The notes under the pieces: model-generated
Told to the model about the DNA's origin: nothing
Database searches by the model: none
What the model saw: the letters and a program-made list of their open reading frames with translations, nothing else
DNA from: Tetramitus jugosus
Lineage: Eukaryota; Protista; Heterolobosea
Direction of reading: 5' to 3'
Assembly (NCBI GenBank): GCA_937625935.1
Contig: OW569368.1
Span: 1 to 64,000 of the forward strand
DNA: 64,000 nt
In this document: positions 1-10,314 of the stretch, piece after piece
How positions within the stretch are numbered: position 1 is the stretch's first letter
Layout: the number at the start of each line of letters is the position of its first letter
Translations under genes and position numbers: made by a program

Positions 1-857
1 CCAAACCCAAACCCAAACCCAAACCCAAACCCAAACCCAAACCCAAACCCAAACCCAAACCCAAACCCAAACCCAAACCCAAACCCAAACCCAAACCCAA
101 ACCCAAACCCAAACCCAAACCCAAACCCAAACCCAAACCCAAACCCAAACCCAAACCCAAACCCAAACCCAAACCCAAACCCAAACCCAAACCCAAACCC
201 AAACCCAAACCCAAACCCAAACCCAAACCCAAACCCAAACCCAAACCCAAACCCAAACCCAAACCCAAACCCAAACCCAAACCCAAACCCAAACCCAAAC
301 CCAAACCCAAACCCAAACCCAAACCCAAACCCAAACCCAAACCCAAACCCAAACCCAAACCCAAACCCAAACCCAAACCCAAACCCAAACCCAAACCCAA
401 ACCCAAACCCAAACCCAAACCCAAACCCAAACCCAAACCCAAACCCAAACCCAAACCCAAACCCAAACCCAAACCCAAACCCAAACCCAAACCCAAACCC
501 AAACCCAAACCCAAACCCAAACCCAAACCCAAACCCAAACCCAAACCCAAACCCAAACCCAAACCCAAACCCAAACCCAAACCCAAACCCAAACCCAAAC
601 CCAAACCCAAACCCAAACCCAAACCCAAACCCAAACCCAAACCCAAACCCAAACCCAAACCCAAACCCAAACCCAAACCCAAACCCAAACCCAAACCCAA
701 ACCCAAACCCAAACCCAAACCCAAACCCAAACCCAAACCCAAACCCAAACCCAAACCCAAACCCAAACCCAAACCCAAACCCAAACCCAAACCCAAACCC
801 AAACCCAAACCCAAACCCAAACCCAAACCCAAACCCAAACCCAAACCCAAACCCAAA
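1..857 (-). repeat. Telomeric repeat array (TTTGGG)n, ~143 units, chromosome end
   Basis: Uninterrupted CCCAAA hexamer from base 1 to 857. The C-rich strand is at the 5' end, as expected for a left telomere. Confidence 0.97.
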
Positions 858-1845
858 TTCACTTCTTGATCAAAAATCAAAAACTTCATCCAAATTCAAA
901 ACAGAACCGATCTATCATCTAAAATCTGATCAAACATGACAAATAGAAGTTAAAACAATCCAGTCCATTTCTATTTCCATCTTTTGACATTCACTGCTTT
1001 GTTTTTGTCGAAAACAGAAATCTTCTTATCAAAGGCTCAACATCTGAAAGGATTAGAGGCAATCAAGTGAGTCAATACACGTTTAATGAGTAATAATTTC
1101 TGTTTGTCTTCAATTAGGACGGGTTGGGTCTGGGTATTCAACTCTGCACTCAACAAAATACAAAATTGGACTTCTCATTCTATCAGAGTTAAGATCTCTC
1201 AGAAGAAGAATTCTTTCCAAGATTTTCTGTCTATTACATTCATAAATCTGAATTGTCATTCACAAACGCTAGTACTCTGAATTTCTGACGGGTTGAATCA
1301 GACATTTCAACTAAAAACTTGATTCAAATTTGAAACTTCTCTATTCCACTGTCTTACAGAATTTGAAAACGAAAAGTCTCAATAATAGATAAAATATATG
1401 ATTATACAGTGATTATTTGATAAAAACTGTCGATTCTATCCAGAAAAACACTAAATCAAGTCAATCAAATTTTCTGAAAGTATAGAACTAAGACACTGAG
1501 TCAAAAAATACAGTTAGTAGGAAATCATGTTAAAAATGATCAAATAATGTCTCAATACCCTGATTCAAACCAAAGAAATCATGTTTCACTTGTATGTCTT
1601 AGCTCCAGTATAGGATCAAAATCGACTAAAACTTGTTGCAGTTTTAACACTGTTGCCGATAAGCCTCTGTTTCATACAGCAGATATGTCGGCTCTATGAG
1701 CTGATAAAGCTCAAATTGAGTTGAAATTCACGCCAAATTCTTCAACTCAGTCAGTTGAAGCTTTTAGAGCAATAAAAAATCTCAAAAAACAACCTTCCAA
1801 AAAAGGAAACGTCTAAAAAAGCAGGGTTTTAAAATACTGCGTACA

Positions 1846-2311
1846 CCAAACCCAAACCCATACCAAATACAGCAAAATTCTCGGGTTTTCCTTAACAACA
1901 AGACAGACCCAAACCCAAACCCAACCCTAAGGTCGAGCATCTTCAAATCCAGTACTCGTCTTCGTGAAGCAAAACATTCATACCTGGCATGGTGCGCCAA
2001 ACTTCTCCACGGCTCTGGCGTCATCATCAGATGCTCATGAGTGTGAAAAGTGTATTGCTTGGAGCCTTCCTAGCGGGGACGCCAGATTGCTCCTCCGTTC
2101 GGGTATAATAAGGAACTCACAGCTGTTCGATGACGATGGTGTCATGGCAATGACATACGAAGAGGCGAAGAAAAGGTTCAAAATGAAAGGAATCGGACCA
2201 GTTAAATACATGAGAATACGGGCCTATATGGAACTTCTCGGCAAGCCGTGTGAATAGAAGAAGTTGTAAATGGGATGGGAAAAGGCTTCCGACAGACCCA
2301 AACCCAACCCA
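1846..2311. repeat. Interstitial telomere-like motifs (three islands)
   Basis: ccaaacccaaaccca at ~1846, cccaaacccaaacccaaccc at ~1908 and cccaaacccaacccaa at ~2297. There is a 17-bp direct repeat gacagacccaaacccaa at 1902-1918 and 2291-2307. Confidence 0.8.
1964..2257 (+). CDS. Small possible helix-hairpin-helix/SAM-like protein (or a fragment of one)
   Basis: C-terminal MKGIGPVKYMRI resembles an HhH motif. The segment is more GC-rich than its flanks. No strong ATG start. Confidence 0.3.
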   Translation: MKQNIHTWHGAPNFSTALASSSDAHECEKCIAWSLPSGDARLLLRSGIIRNSQLFDDDGVMAMTYEEAKKRFKMKGIGPVKYMRIRAYMELLGKPCE

Positions 2312-3222
2312 ATACCATCCAATGCGGCAGTAAAAAGCACTGGTGCAAGCTGAAAACGACAGACAAAGAATTATCAAATACCTTTAGAAGGACTCAATTC
2401 GGTTGTTTTGTTCGTTTGTTTCGCTCATACACTGTTATGAATGAATGTTAAAGATGAGAGCTCTTATCCTTTTATCACGAATTAATCTAAGTTTACGAAT
2501 CTAAATCAGTTTGTGATCCAATCTGCATTTCGAAGATATCGATCGGTGTTGTCTATAGGTATATGGAGTCATAAGTTATCAGTTTACTGATTTGCACCAA
2601 TACACGTAGATCAATCTGACATACGAAGATGTGTTTTACAACGACTGTCAGATGAATCAATCCATTTCATTTTGAAAGGTAGTGATGCATGAGTCACTAA
2701 CGACCAAGTTGAAATGGTTTACGACGCAGATTGATTCAACCTACCAGTTTTATCGTTGAACCTATCTGTAGTTGTGTCTCCATCTTAGTTTTCACCCTCG
2801 AAAGTATGTACGATACCAAATAGAGATGGATCTGTACCCGATGTCGCGCTTTCACCTACGTTTGAAACTAAGAATGTACTGTTGATCGAGTTACTAATCG
2901 ATTCAGACGTACCAACGAATATTCTTCTGGAGAAGAGTCAGGAAAGTTCTTGTAGGAAAACAAATCAACAATCAAGTAGAGTGGAAGAATGAACACAATA
3001 GTATTTATGAGTTTTATCACAATGAAGAGATAAGCCAACTTCTAGAAGTATCCAATGTATTAGGGGTTGCAAGATACTGGTGATGTAACTTCAAGCACTT
3101 TGATCAACACACCTTCTCTCATACATCTCAATGTGTTTCCATTTGTAAGAGAGATTGAAGATAAAATAATTGATCAGCTTCAATCAAGCCAATTTCTTTT
3201 TCTTTCATTTTTCCTCTTCTTC

Positions 3223-3890
3223 TTATAGATTCATACATCTTTCACATTGACATAAGAATCCAAGTGTTGAAAAATATCTCTTATAGGGATGTGAATCATC
3301 TTCCAAAGGCGAGTAATTAATTGACAAACACTTCTCCCTTTTGTAAAGGAACTGTCGAGTCAACCTTTAAACAATAAAATATCGCTCTGGATTCATATTT
3401 GCTTCTAAACTGTGCCGTTTATCCTTGAAATAAAGCTTCTCTTGTCTTTTGCTTCGGTATGATAGTACTCAACTTGCAATTGGACGAGAACACATTGTTA
3501 GATTGGTATGAGTGATTCAAAAAGTAAAGAGGACCCAAAAGTAACATTGGCGACTTTTGATCCCCATCTTGTTCATTCAAAGATGGATGAAATTTCGTCT
3601 TAGCACTTGATGTGTATCGAAACGAAACACCTATAACTTTAAGTTTGCTTTTATCCTCAACAATTCTTTTGCAATACAATCCCCAACCATGTTTACCCTT
3701 TTGGAACTGTAAAAACTCATCCAAGAATGGTTCCCCATTAGTCTATTAAAAATAAGACATAGTCAAGTATCGATAATCTTTCTTAGTTTTCCTCTTTTGT
3801 TTGATGAATGATAATACTTGGGCTCTTGTGACTAATGCATCTCTCTTCGCTGAATCATCAAATGATGGAGAATAAAAATCCAAGCTTCTT
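3223..3890 (-). pseudogene. SET-domain lysine methyltransferase pseudogene
   Basis: SET motifs KGKHGWGLYC and LGPLYFLNHS. After a TAA at 3419-3421 the frame reads VPLQKGE, then a 1-nt frameshift gives LSINYSP and a post-SET GFLCQCERC. There is also an in-frame TAA TAG upstream. Confidence 0.75.
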
Positions 3891-4325
3891 GAGCTACACT
3901 CTTCCCACAACGATAAAATGGCAGAACACTCGAATACAAGTCTGATAATCCTTCTTTAGGCATTCCAAAAAATAATTGTGACAATTACCTGATGGTGTTA
4001 TAGTTTTGTTGTTACCCCTTTTTTGTTGAAGCACAGGAAGAGGAAGATGAGAAGCTGAGGATGAAGAAGAGGGCATGTACAAGTTTTTCAGAAAAAAAGG
4101 AACGTCGAGATGGTCACCCGAATTGAAAGCGATGTCATCTGTCGTTAAAAACAATCTCCAACTTTTCCAACGAAAACAAGATGGTGCAAATTCGCTGAGC
4201 AGTCTCATCTCATCACAGTTAATATACATCTATCGTGTTTTAATTTGTCTGATAACAATCATTTCACAGCTCGTTCGTAGACTAGAAACAAACAACATTT
4301 ATTCACTTGGACAAAGTTGACCAAT

Positions 4326-6104
4326 TCACAAATAATCATCGTCATCCTCACCCTCTATTCTCTTTCTTGTTGCTTCCACGCGTTGACAAATAAGAGTATA
4401 GCGAGTGTCTTCACCCATGTAAGCCCAATCTGGTGGTTGTACCCTCTTGTATCCACTATAGTCATCATCATCACTGCTTTCGCTGCTTGAAGAATCCACA
4501 ATTGGCGAAGACGGCATTGAAAGGAAGGTGTTCTTGACTACATCCGAATAGCTTACCTCAGGAGATACCTGTTCTGTCCTTGGGATTGCTGTGATATGAC
4601 GAGATCGTCGATTGTTGGACAATGGAGTAGACACTGGAGATTGTGTCAGATTTCCGCTCACACGACTTTGTTTCAATGGAGTTACTGGACTATTCTCTGA
4701 TATGTTCATTGGAGATTGTCGAACCATTGGAGATTGTGTCAGATTTCCGCTCACACGACTTTGTTTCAATGGAGGAGTTAAAGTAGGTGATCCATTGGGT
4801 GAATTCGATGGAGAGTTTGGACTTCCTCTTTGGTTCCTTCCTCTTTTGTCAGACTTTTTTGGAGAAACAGAATGACTACCAAACGGCTTCTCAGAATGAA
4901 TGGCTCTAGTGTTGGAATTGTTGTTCTTTTTTGAAGTTTTTGCACGAACCTTTGGAGTCTTGAATTGAGTAGTTGACCAGTATGGAACCAGAAATTGATC
5001 TTTTGAAAAAGTATTATCTTGAGTCATTCTTTTCCTGCCTCTTTCAAGTACTCTAGGTCCCATTAATCTTAGATGTTTTTGGGTCATCAAAGAAGCAAAG
5101 TAACCTTGATAGTGTTCTTGTGCAGAGAAAGGGGAGTATGATCGAAGACTGTCGCTGGCAGTGAAGTTTCGGATTGCGTCCAGGTCAGATTTTTGGAAAA
5201 TTGAAACCCGAGACATAGAGTAACCAGAAGTCATCAGAGTCCACATCTCTAGTAATTCAGCAAACTTTAGAGAATCAACATCTACATTGCCACAATGGGA
5301 ACAGAGCAAAACCTTTGTAATAAACTTCAGCTTTTCTTCACTCTCAAGAAACTGACCGATTCTGAAGAAAGATGCCGTTGAATGATAGATGTTGTTCAGC
5401 TCGAGTGGAACCCTTGATTTACTGAGGGGGTTGACGAAATGTCTGAAAAGACTTACCCACGCCCCCTTCATTATAGGTTGCTCCATAAAATCATTTTCCG
5501 ATGCTTCAGAGAGGTTAATTAGTTCCTCCATAAAATGTTTTCTTGACTCTCTGTAAGAAGGAACCACTGCTACTCTATCCTTCATCTTGAACGGAAAGTC
5601 CTCTTTCACCTTTTCAGCAACTCTGGACTTGATCTCTTTCTCAATCACGTGGAACATGGGCTCAGGAATTGCAGGGCTCAGACATTGAACATAGTTCTCA
5701 TCCTTAGTCTTGTTCTTCTCCAAATATTTGATTACCGGATTGTTGCAATTGACGTAACTCGGAGGATTCAAGTTGGCAGGCAACATTTGATGAAATCTAG
5801 TCAATCTATCGAGCTTTCTCCAATATTGAAGCTCAGATTCTTGAAAGCTCGACTTGTTCTCCACAGTATTATTCTTGAGTTCAGAGAGAGTGAAAAATTC
5901 GAGTAGACTATTCAAATACCAAATGATATCACTAATAGAAGAGGCTAAATTATAGCGATCCTCATAATTTGGATTATTAAGATTAGACTCTGCCATCTTA
6001 ACTACACTAAGGTTAGAAAGGAATTCTAAGATTGAACCGAACTTTTGAGTGTCTTCCATTTTGTCGAATGCTTCACCATACAGAGGAACTTGGAGAGTCA
6101 TCAT
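4326..6104 (-). CDS. Hypothetical protein, 592 aa, with CxxC motif and a Ser/Pro-rich repeated C-terminal region
   Basis: Long intact ATG-started ORF containing LCSHCG. PLKQSRVSGNLTQSP occurs twice. A TATA-like TATATAAAA lies ~70 bp upstream. Confidence 0.75.
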   Translation of the reverse strand: MMTLQVPLYGEAFDKMEDTQKFGSILEFLSNLSVVKMAESNLNNPNYEDRYNLASSISDIIWYLNSLLEFFTLSELKNNTVENKSSFQESELQYWRKLDRLTRFHQMLPANLNPPSYVNCNNPVIKYLEKNKTKDENYVQCLSPAIPEPMFHVIEKEIKSRVAEKVKEDFPFKMKDRVAVVPSYRESRKHFMEELINLSEASENDFMEQPIMKGAWVSLFRHFVNPLSKSRVPLELNNIYHSTASFFRIGQFLESEEKLKFITKVLLCSHCGNVDVDSLKFAELLEMWTLMTSGYSMSRVSIFQKSDLDAIRNFTASDSLRSYSPFSAQEHYQGYFASLMTQKHLRLMGPRVLERGRKRMTQDNTFSKDQFLVPYWSTTQFKTPKVRAKTSKKNNNSNTRAIHSEKPFGSHSVSPKKSDKRGRNQRGSPNSPSNSPNGSPTLTPPLKQSRVSGNLTQSPMVRQSPMNISENSPVTPLKQSRVSGNLTQSPVSTPLSNNRRSRHITAIPRTEQVSPEVSYSDVVKNTFLSMPSSPIVDSSSSESSDDDDYSGYKRVQPPDWAYMGEDTRYTLICQRVEATRKRIEGEDDDDYL

Positions 6105-6264
6105 GATAATTGTAATTGTATGTTGGTTATTTGTTCTTTGTTTAATGATTCCAGAACCGCTTTGTTGAATTTTTTTATATAGGTCGAGACCTCAGCAAAC
6201 ATCCAGGTCAAAAGATGTCAGTCAGAAAACTTCATCACTTGACACATCGAAAAAAGGAAACAAA

Positions 6265-6446
6265 GGATTGGGTAAATGGATTCTCCCAAGAAAGAAAGTC
6301 ACGAGGTGACTGGACATCTTCCTCGTGAAAATACTTCCGATTGCATTCCGCTCACCCAACGCATTTCTGATCGAAGTCATTCCGGAAAGCACGATGAAGC
6401 GATATGAAACAACTACTAACAAACATAAGAGTTGAAAAAACAAACT
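6265..6446 (+). repeat. Chimeric duplicate of 12965-13019 (MDH coding) joined to 13608-13753 (eEF2 relic and Hsp70 leader)
   Basis: 55-bp match to MDH with 2 mismatches, followed by a match to 13608-13753 with 13-bp and 11-bp deletions. Confidence 0.9.
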
Positions 6447-6690
6447 GAAGAACAACAATGAAGTTTACGATGATCAATATGAGAGAAATGCTTGCACACA
6501 TCCTTGCCTTCTCAGAAGCACTCTTCCTGTACAAGACAAAGATGACCCACAAAATGAACCATCCTATAAAAATGCTCAAAATCAACAAGATAATGGAAAT
6601 GGCTTCATCAGCATGCACAACGTTGATAGTAGGTTTGTTGTTATTGTGGTTGGAATGTATGTGCCTGTTGTTGAGGGTACATGGTGACAT
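6352..6690 (-). CDS. Possible small membrane protein (2 hydrophobic segments)
   Basis: ATG-started ORF with IILLILSIFIGWFILWVIFVLY and a second hydrophobic stretch. Its 3' end runs into the duplicated segment. Confidence 0.3.
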   Translation of the reverse strand: MSPCTLNNRHIHSNHNNNKPTINVVHADEAISIILLILSIFIGWFILWVIFVLYRKSASEKARMCASISLILIIVNFIVVLQFVFSTLMFVSSCFISLHRAFRNDFDQKCVG

Positions 6691-7430
6691 TACTGTTGCT
6701 GTTGGTGACCATTATTTTGTTAGGTTGTACCAGTCCATCATTGTATGGCGCCGTGTTTCATTGCTCACAATTGCCATCTCTCCATTGGTCTGCCGAAGGG
6801 TCTTCTTGGGTACCATACAATGAGAGCCTGTCCCACTAGGTGTTTGGAAGCGATGGTTTTCTTGTTGGTCTCTTCCAGAGACTGTTGAACTTTCTACCTG
6901 GAATCATACTCACCTTCCTCAGGTGGTTGTTCAGGACCCGGTTGATCCGCTAATTTTGCTCTTTTTAAATCTTTACAAACATCTATCAATGTCTGAGGCC
7001 GCTTCCACTCGTTTCCTTCTTATAACCTTGTGTTGCTTGTTCTTCAACTTTTTTCCACTTGGCACTCCATCCAGTGAATCCTTCCGAGGAGCACTGATTA
7101 GCGCTTTTAACGTTGGTTTTGGGTTAAACCAACATGGTTCTTATTTGACTGTAGTGCTTCCTTAATTCAGAAACAGCACAAATACCAGAGTAAAATCTGC
7201 TTTGCCTTTGCTGATATCGAACACTTCAAACAATTCGGATGCACAGTGACTACTGCTTCTCCGTTTGGCTTTGCAACGACAAAGATAGACCGAACGTATC
7301 CATTGTTCAATAGGCCGAGTGATCTTCAACTTGCAAACGAGAACGATTTCAATTGCTTGTTCATGAAACTAGTATTGGTAAAAAAATGAAAGGGGATAAA
7401 TAATGAGTAGGAATATGTTGAATGGATATT

Positions 7431-9842
7431 TTATCCCACCATTTCGATTCCCTTCTCCAAGTCAACTTGCTTTACTGGCGTTTCCTTCTTCTTCTTGTTC
7501 TTGACAACAAACAACCCAATTGATGCAAAAGTGATAGCAACACAAAAGCTTAATGCAAGACAGGCACCAACACCACCAACACCACCAACTACTCCGCCGA
7601 TGATGGCACCTGTTCTGCGATTCGAATTCTCTGTTAAGTCCAAAGAAACGTTTACAGTGTGCTCGGATGATTGATATTGACCTTTGCTCACCCATGCCAT
7701 AAAGCTTGCATTTTCTCCACTTCCATCATGCACAAACTGTATTTCACCCTTGTCAATCTGCAGTTGAGTAAATTGAGTGATAACAGTATTGGGATCACTT
7801 GTCAACACAAATCTTCCATGCTGCATTTGACTGATCGTATAGACCAATTCACCAGGTGATGCGTCTCCGTAACTCGCTTGGAAATGTGAGGAACCAAGTA
7901 CTACTGTTTTTCCTGCTTTTATCGATAGCTGAATAGTAACCAACCACGGCACTATGCTGAAGTGAATCGTAGGTTTTTGTGGACTTGTCCTTAAATAACC
8001 ATTGCTCACGCTCATCTTATAACTTGGTGCATTAATACTACCGTTATGTACCAACTGTATCTCACCTGCAATCACTTCTTGTTGAGTAAAGTTGGTAATA
8101 GCAATGCCAGGTTGTGCAACTCGTTCAAATTGACAATATTCAACATTTGTGACAATAAATAACAAGGTATTGTTATCTACGGCTATATCTGAAGCATTCA
8201 ATAAAGTGCTATTCAGTACGATTGTTTCACCTTGATGTACAGTCAATGGTTGTTGATTGAGTGTGCTTTCTACGGTAAAAATGAAGTAAATGGTTGCTTC
8301 TTGTGGAGTTGTGATCAAATAACCATTGTTCACGCTCACTTGATAACTAGGAGCATGAAAGCCACCGTCAGGTATCAACTGTATCTCACCTTCAATCATT
8401 GTTTGTTGAGTAAAGTCGGTAATAGCAATGCCAGGTTGTGCAACTCGTTCAAACTGACAATATTCAACATTTGTGACAATAAATAACAAGGTATTGTTAT
8501 CCACGACTATATCTGAAGCACTCAATACAGTACTATTCAGTACGATTGTTTCACCTTGATACACCGTTAATGGTTGTTGATTGAGTGTGGTACCTGGATG
8601 CCATAGTTCACTAAACATCTGACCATAAATGCGAGAACCACTTTGCCAACTGATGACAAAATTACCATCTTTTAGATGAGTGACAACAGGGAATTGCTGA
8701 TTACCAGTAGTATTAGTATTCACCTGAAATTCTCTACCCAGTTTGCTACCACTTGCATCATATCGTTGAGCAAAAATACCCAAACCATCACCATCTTGGT
8801 TGTTACTCTGCCAAGTGACTACAAAGCCACCATCACTCATACCTGTAACATCTGGATTAGTTTGATCACCAATGGTAAAAGTGTTTACCTGAAATTCAAA
8901 GCCTTGTGTGACACCAGATGCATCATATCGCTGCGCAACGATACCATCACTATCACCATCGTGTATATTACTTTGCCACACAATCACAAATCCACCATCA
9001 CTAAGACCAGAAACAACAGGAGAATGTTGATTGCCAGCTATTCTTGTATTGACCTGAAATTCATCGCCTTGCTTTTGTGCATTTTCATTGAAACGCTTGG
9101 CATATACACCAATACCATCGCCATCTTGACCAGCGCTCTGCCAAACAACAACATAACCACCACTACTGACACTACAAATATCTGGATTGGTCTGGTCACC
9201 AACAGTGTAATCATTGATACGAAGTTCTTCTAAACTATAGCCAGAATCGGTAAATTGTCTTGCATATATACCAAAACCATTTCCATCGTAAGCAGCACTT
9301 TCCCAGACAAAAAGAACTCGATTATTGGTCAAACTAGCGGCAACTGCTGGATTTCTCTGGTAGCCAACTAGTTTAGTGTTCACAATAAAGTCGCCATTCC
9401 AGATATTTTCACCAGTAGGTTTGTAGCCACCGAATACAACGTCAGTACCATCACTTGTCTTGAATTCCCAAGTGATAAAATAGCCACCAGTTTCCAAGAT
9501 TACAATTCTTGGGTGTTCTCGATCTCTATTGTTACTTATATTAATTTTGACTTCGTTACCTCGTCTTGTTCCATTACTGTAAAAGCGCTGCCTATAAATG
9601 TTATTATCAAAAGAGTCCTGACCAATAGTGGACCATACGATAATAAAGTCTCCACTATCAGTGAATGAGGCAATATCAGGAGATTGTTGATTATTAGCCA
9701 TCGTATTATAATTGACTTGAAATTCACTTCCCAAATGATAGTTAATAAACTCCAGTTCAGATCCCTGAATACTACTACCACTACAAAATAAAAACAGCAG
9801 CAATAATAGCAAAACAGGTAAACGGTATCTTATAACATTCAT
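7431..9842 (-). CDS. Type I membrane surface protein with bacterial-type EFQVNT repeats and three CSPG/cadherin-like repeats
   Basis: Signal peptide VLLLLLLFLFC. About 7 repeats of EFQVNT..GxQ..P.V..L.DGGFVVxWQS..QDGDG.GI.AQR. CSPG-type repeats LTVxQGETIVL...FTQQ..GEIQxVHDG. C-terminal TM followed by KNKKKK. Confidence 0.85.
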   Translation of the reverse strand: MNVIRYRLPVLLLLLLFLFCSGSSIQGSELEFINYHLGSEFQVNYNTMANNQQSPDIASFTDSGDFIIVWSTIGQDSFDNNIYRQRFYSNGTRRGNEVKINISNNRDREHPRIVILETGGYFITWEFKTSDGTDVVFGGYKPTGENIWNGDFIVNTKLVGYQRNPAVAASLTNNRVLFVWESAAYDGNGFGIYARQFTDSGYSLEELRINDYTVGDQTNPDICSVSSGGYVVVWQSAGQDGDGIGVYAKRFNENAQKQGDEFQVNTRIAGNQHSPVVSGLSDGGFVIVWQSNIHDGDSDGIVAQRYDASGVTQGFEFQVNTFTIGDQTNPDVTGMSDGGFVVTWQSNNQDGDGLGIFAQRYDASGSKLGREFQVNTNTTGNQQFPVVTHLKDGNFVISWQSGSRIYGQMFSELWHPGTTLNQQPLTVYQGETIVLNSTVLSASDIVVDNNTLLFIVTNVEYCQFERVAQPGIAITDFTQQTMIEGEIQLIPDGGFHAPSYQVSVNNGYLITTPQEATIYFIFTVESTLNQQPLTVHQGETIVLNSTLLNASDIAVDNNTLLFIVTNVEYCQFERVAQPGIAITNFTQQEVIAGEIQLVHNGSINAPSYKMSVSNGYLRTSPQKPTIHFSIVPWLVTIQLSIKAGKTVVLGSSHFQASYGDASPGELVYTISQMQHGRFVLTSDPNTVITQFTQLQIDKGEIQFVHDGSGENASFMAWVSKGQYQSSEHTVNVSLDLTENSNRRTGAIIGGVVGGVGGVGACLALSFCVAITFASIGLFVVKNKKKKETPVKQVDLEKGIEMVG
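8040..8590. repeat. Near-identical intragenic tandem duplication (two CSPG repeats)
   Basis: DNA at ~8040-8265 closely matches ~8365-8590. Confidence 0.85.
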
Positions 9843-10314
9843 TTTTGCTGATGCAGTGCTATTGTTTGTGTGTTGTGCAAAGGAACAAGGGAAACTGAAT
9901 GTTGAGCAAATGGTCATTCCCACTAGAGATTCGTTGCACTATTATATATATGAACATAGTCGAGGGAGAATAATACGAACACGCTTTCTTCAATCCTGGT
10001 ACTTTCTTGTCCCACGGACTCTAAAACTCCCCGAAATAAAAATGTATATCAAAACGAGAAAGAAGCTCGTCATGATCTTATAGAGGACATACCTGTCTCT
10101 AAGACGCCTGTTTCGGTAATGCATATTGAACCAGCATGATAAGAAAGTACTGGGGAAACGTGTGTTCGCATCTCGCCATGATCTCCAGCCACTTTGAGGC
10201 TTGTTTTTTCCGAATGTTGTCATCGCACAAGATTCCCCTTAAATTTTCGGCCGAAATCATCCCCACTATCAAACAAAAAGAGAGTTCGAACTTTTCGCAA
10301 TTGTATTGTTGTTT

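Noticed and set aside
3223-3990. TAA/TAG reassigned to Gln (ciliate-type code), suggested by in-frame TAA/TAG in the SET region and the Paramecium-like telomere
   Set aside because: The SET relic also needs a frameshift, and conserved genes (RPL27, MDH, SCS-beta) end at TAA at their expected C-termini.
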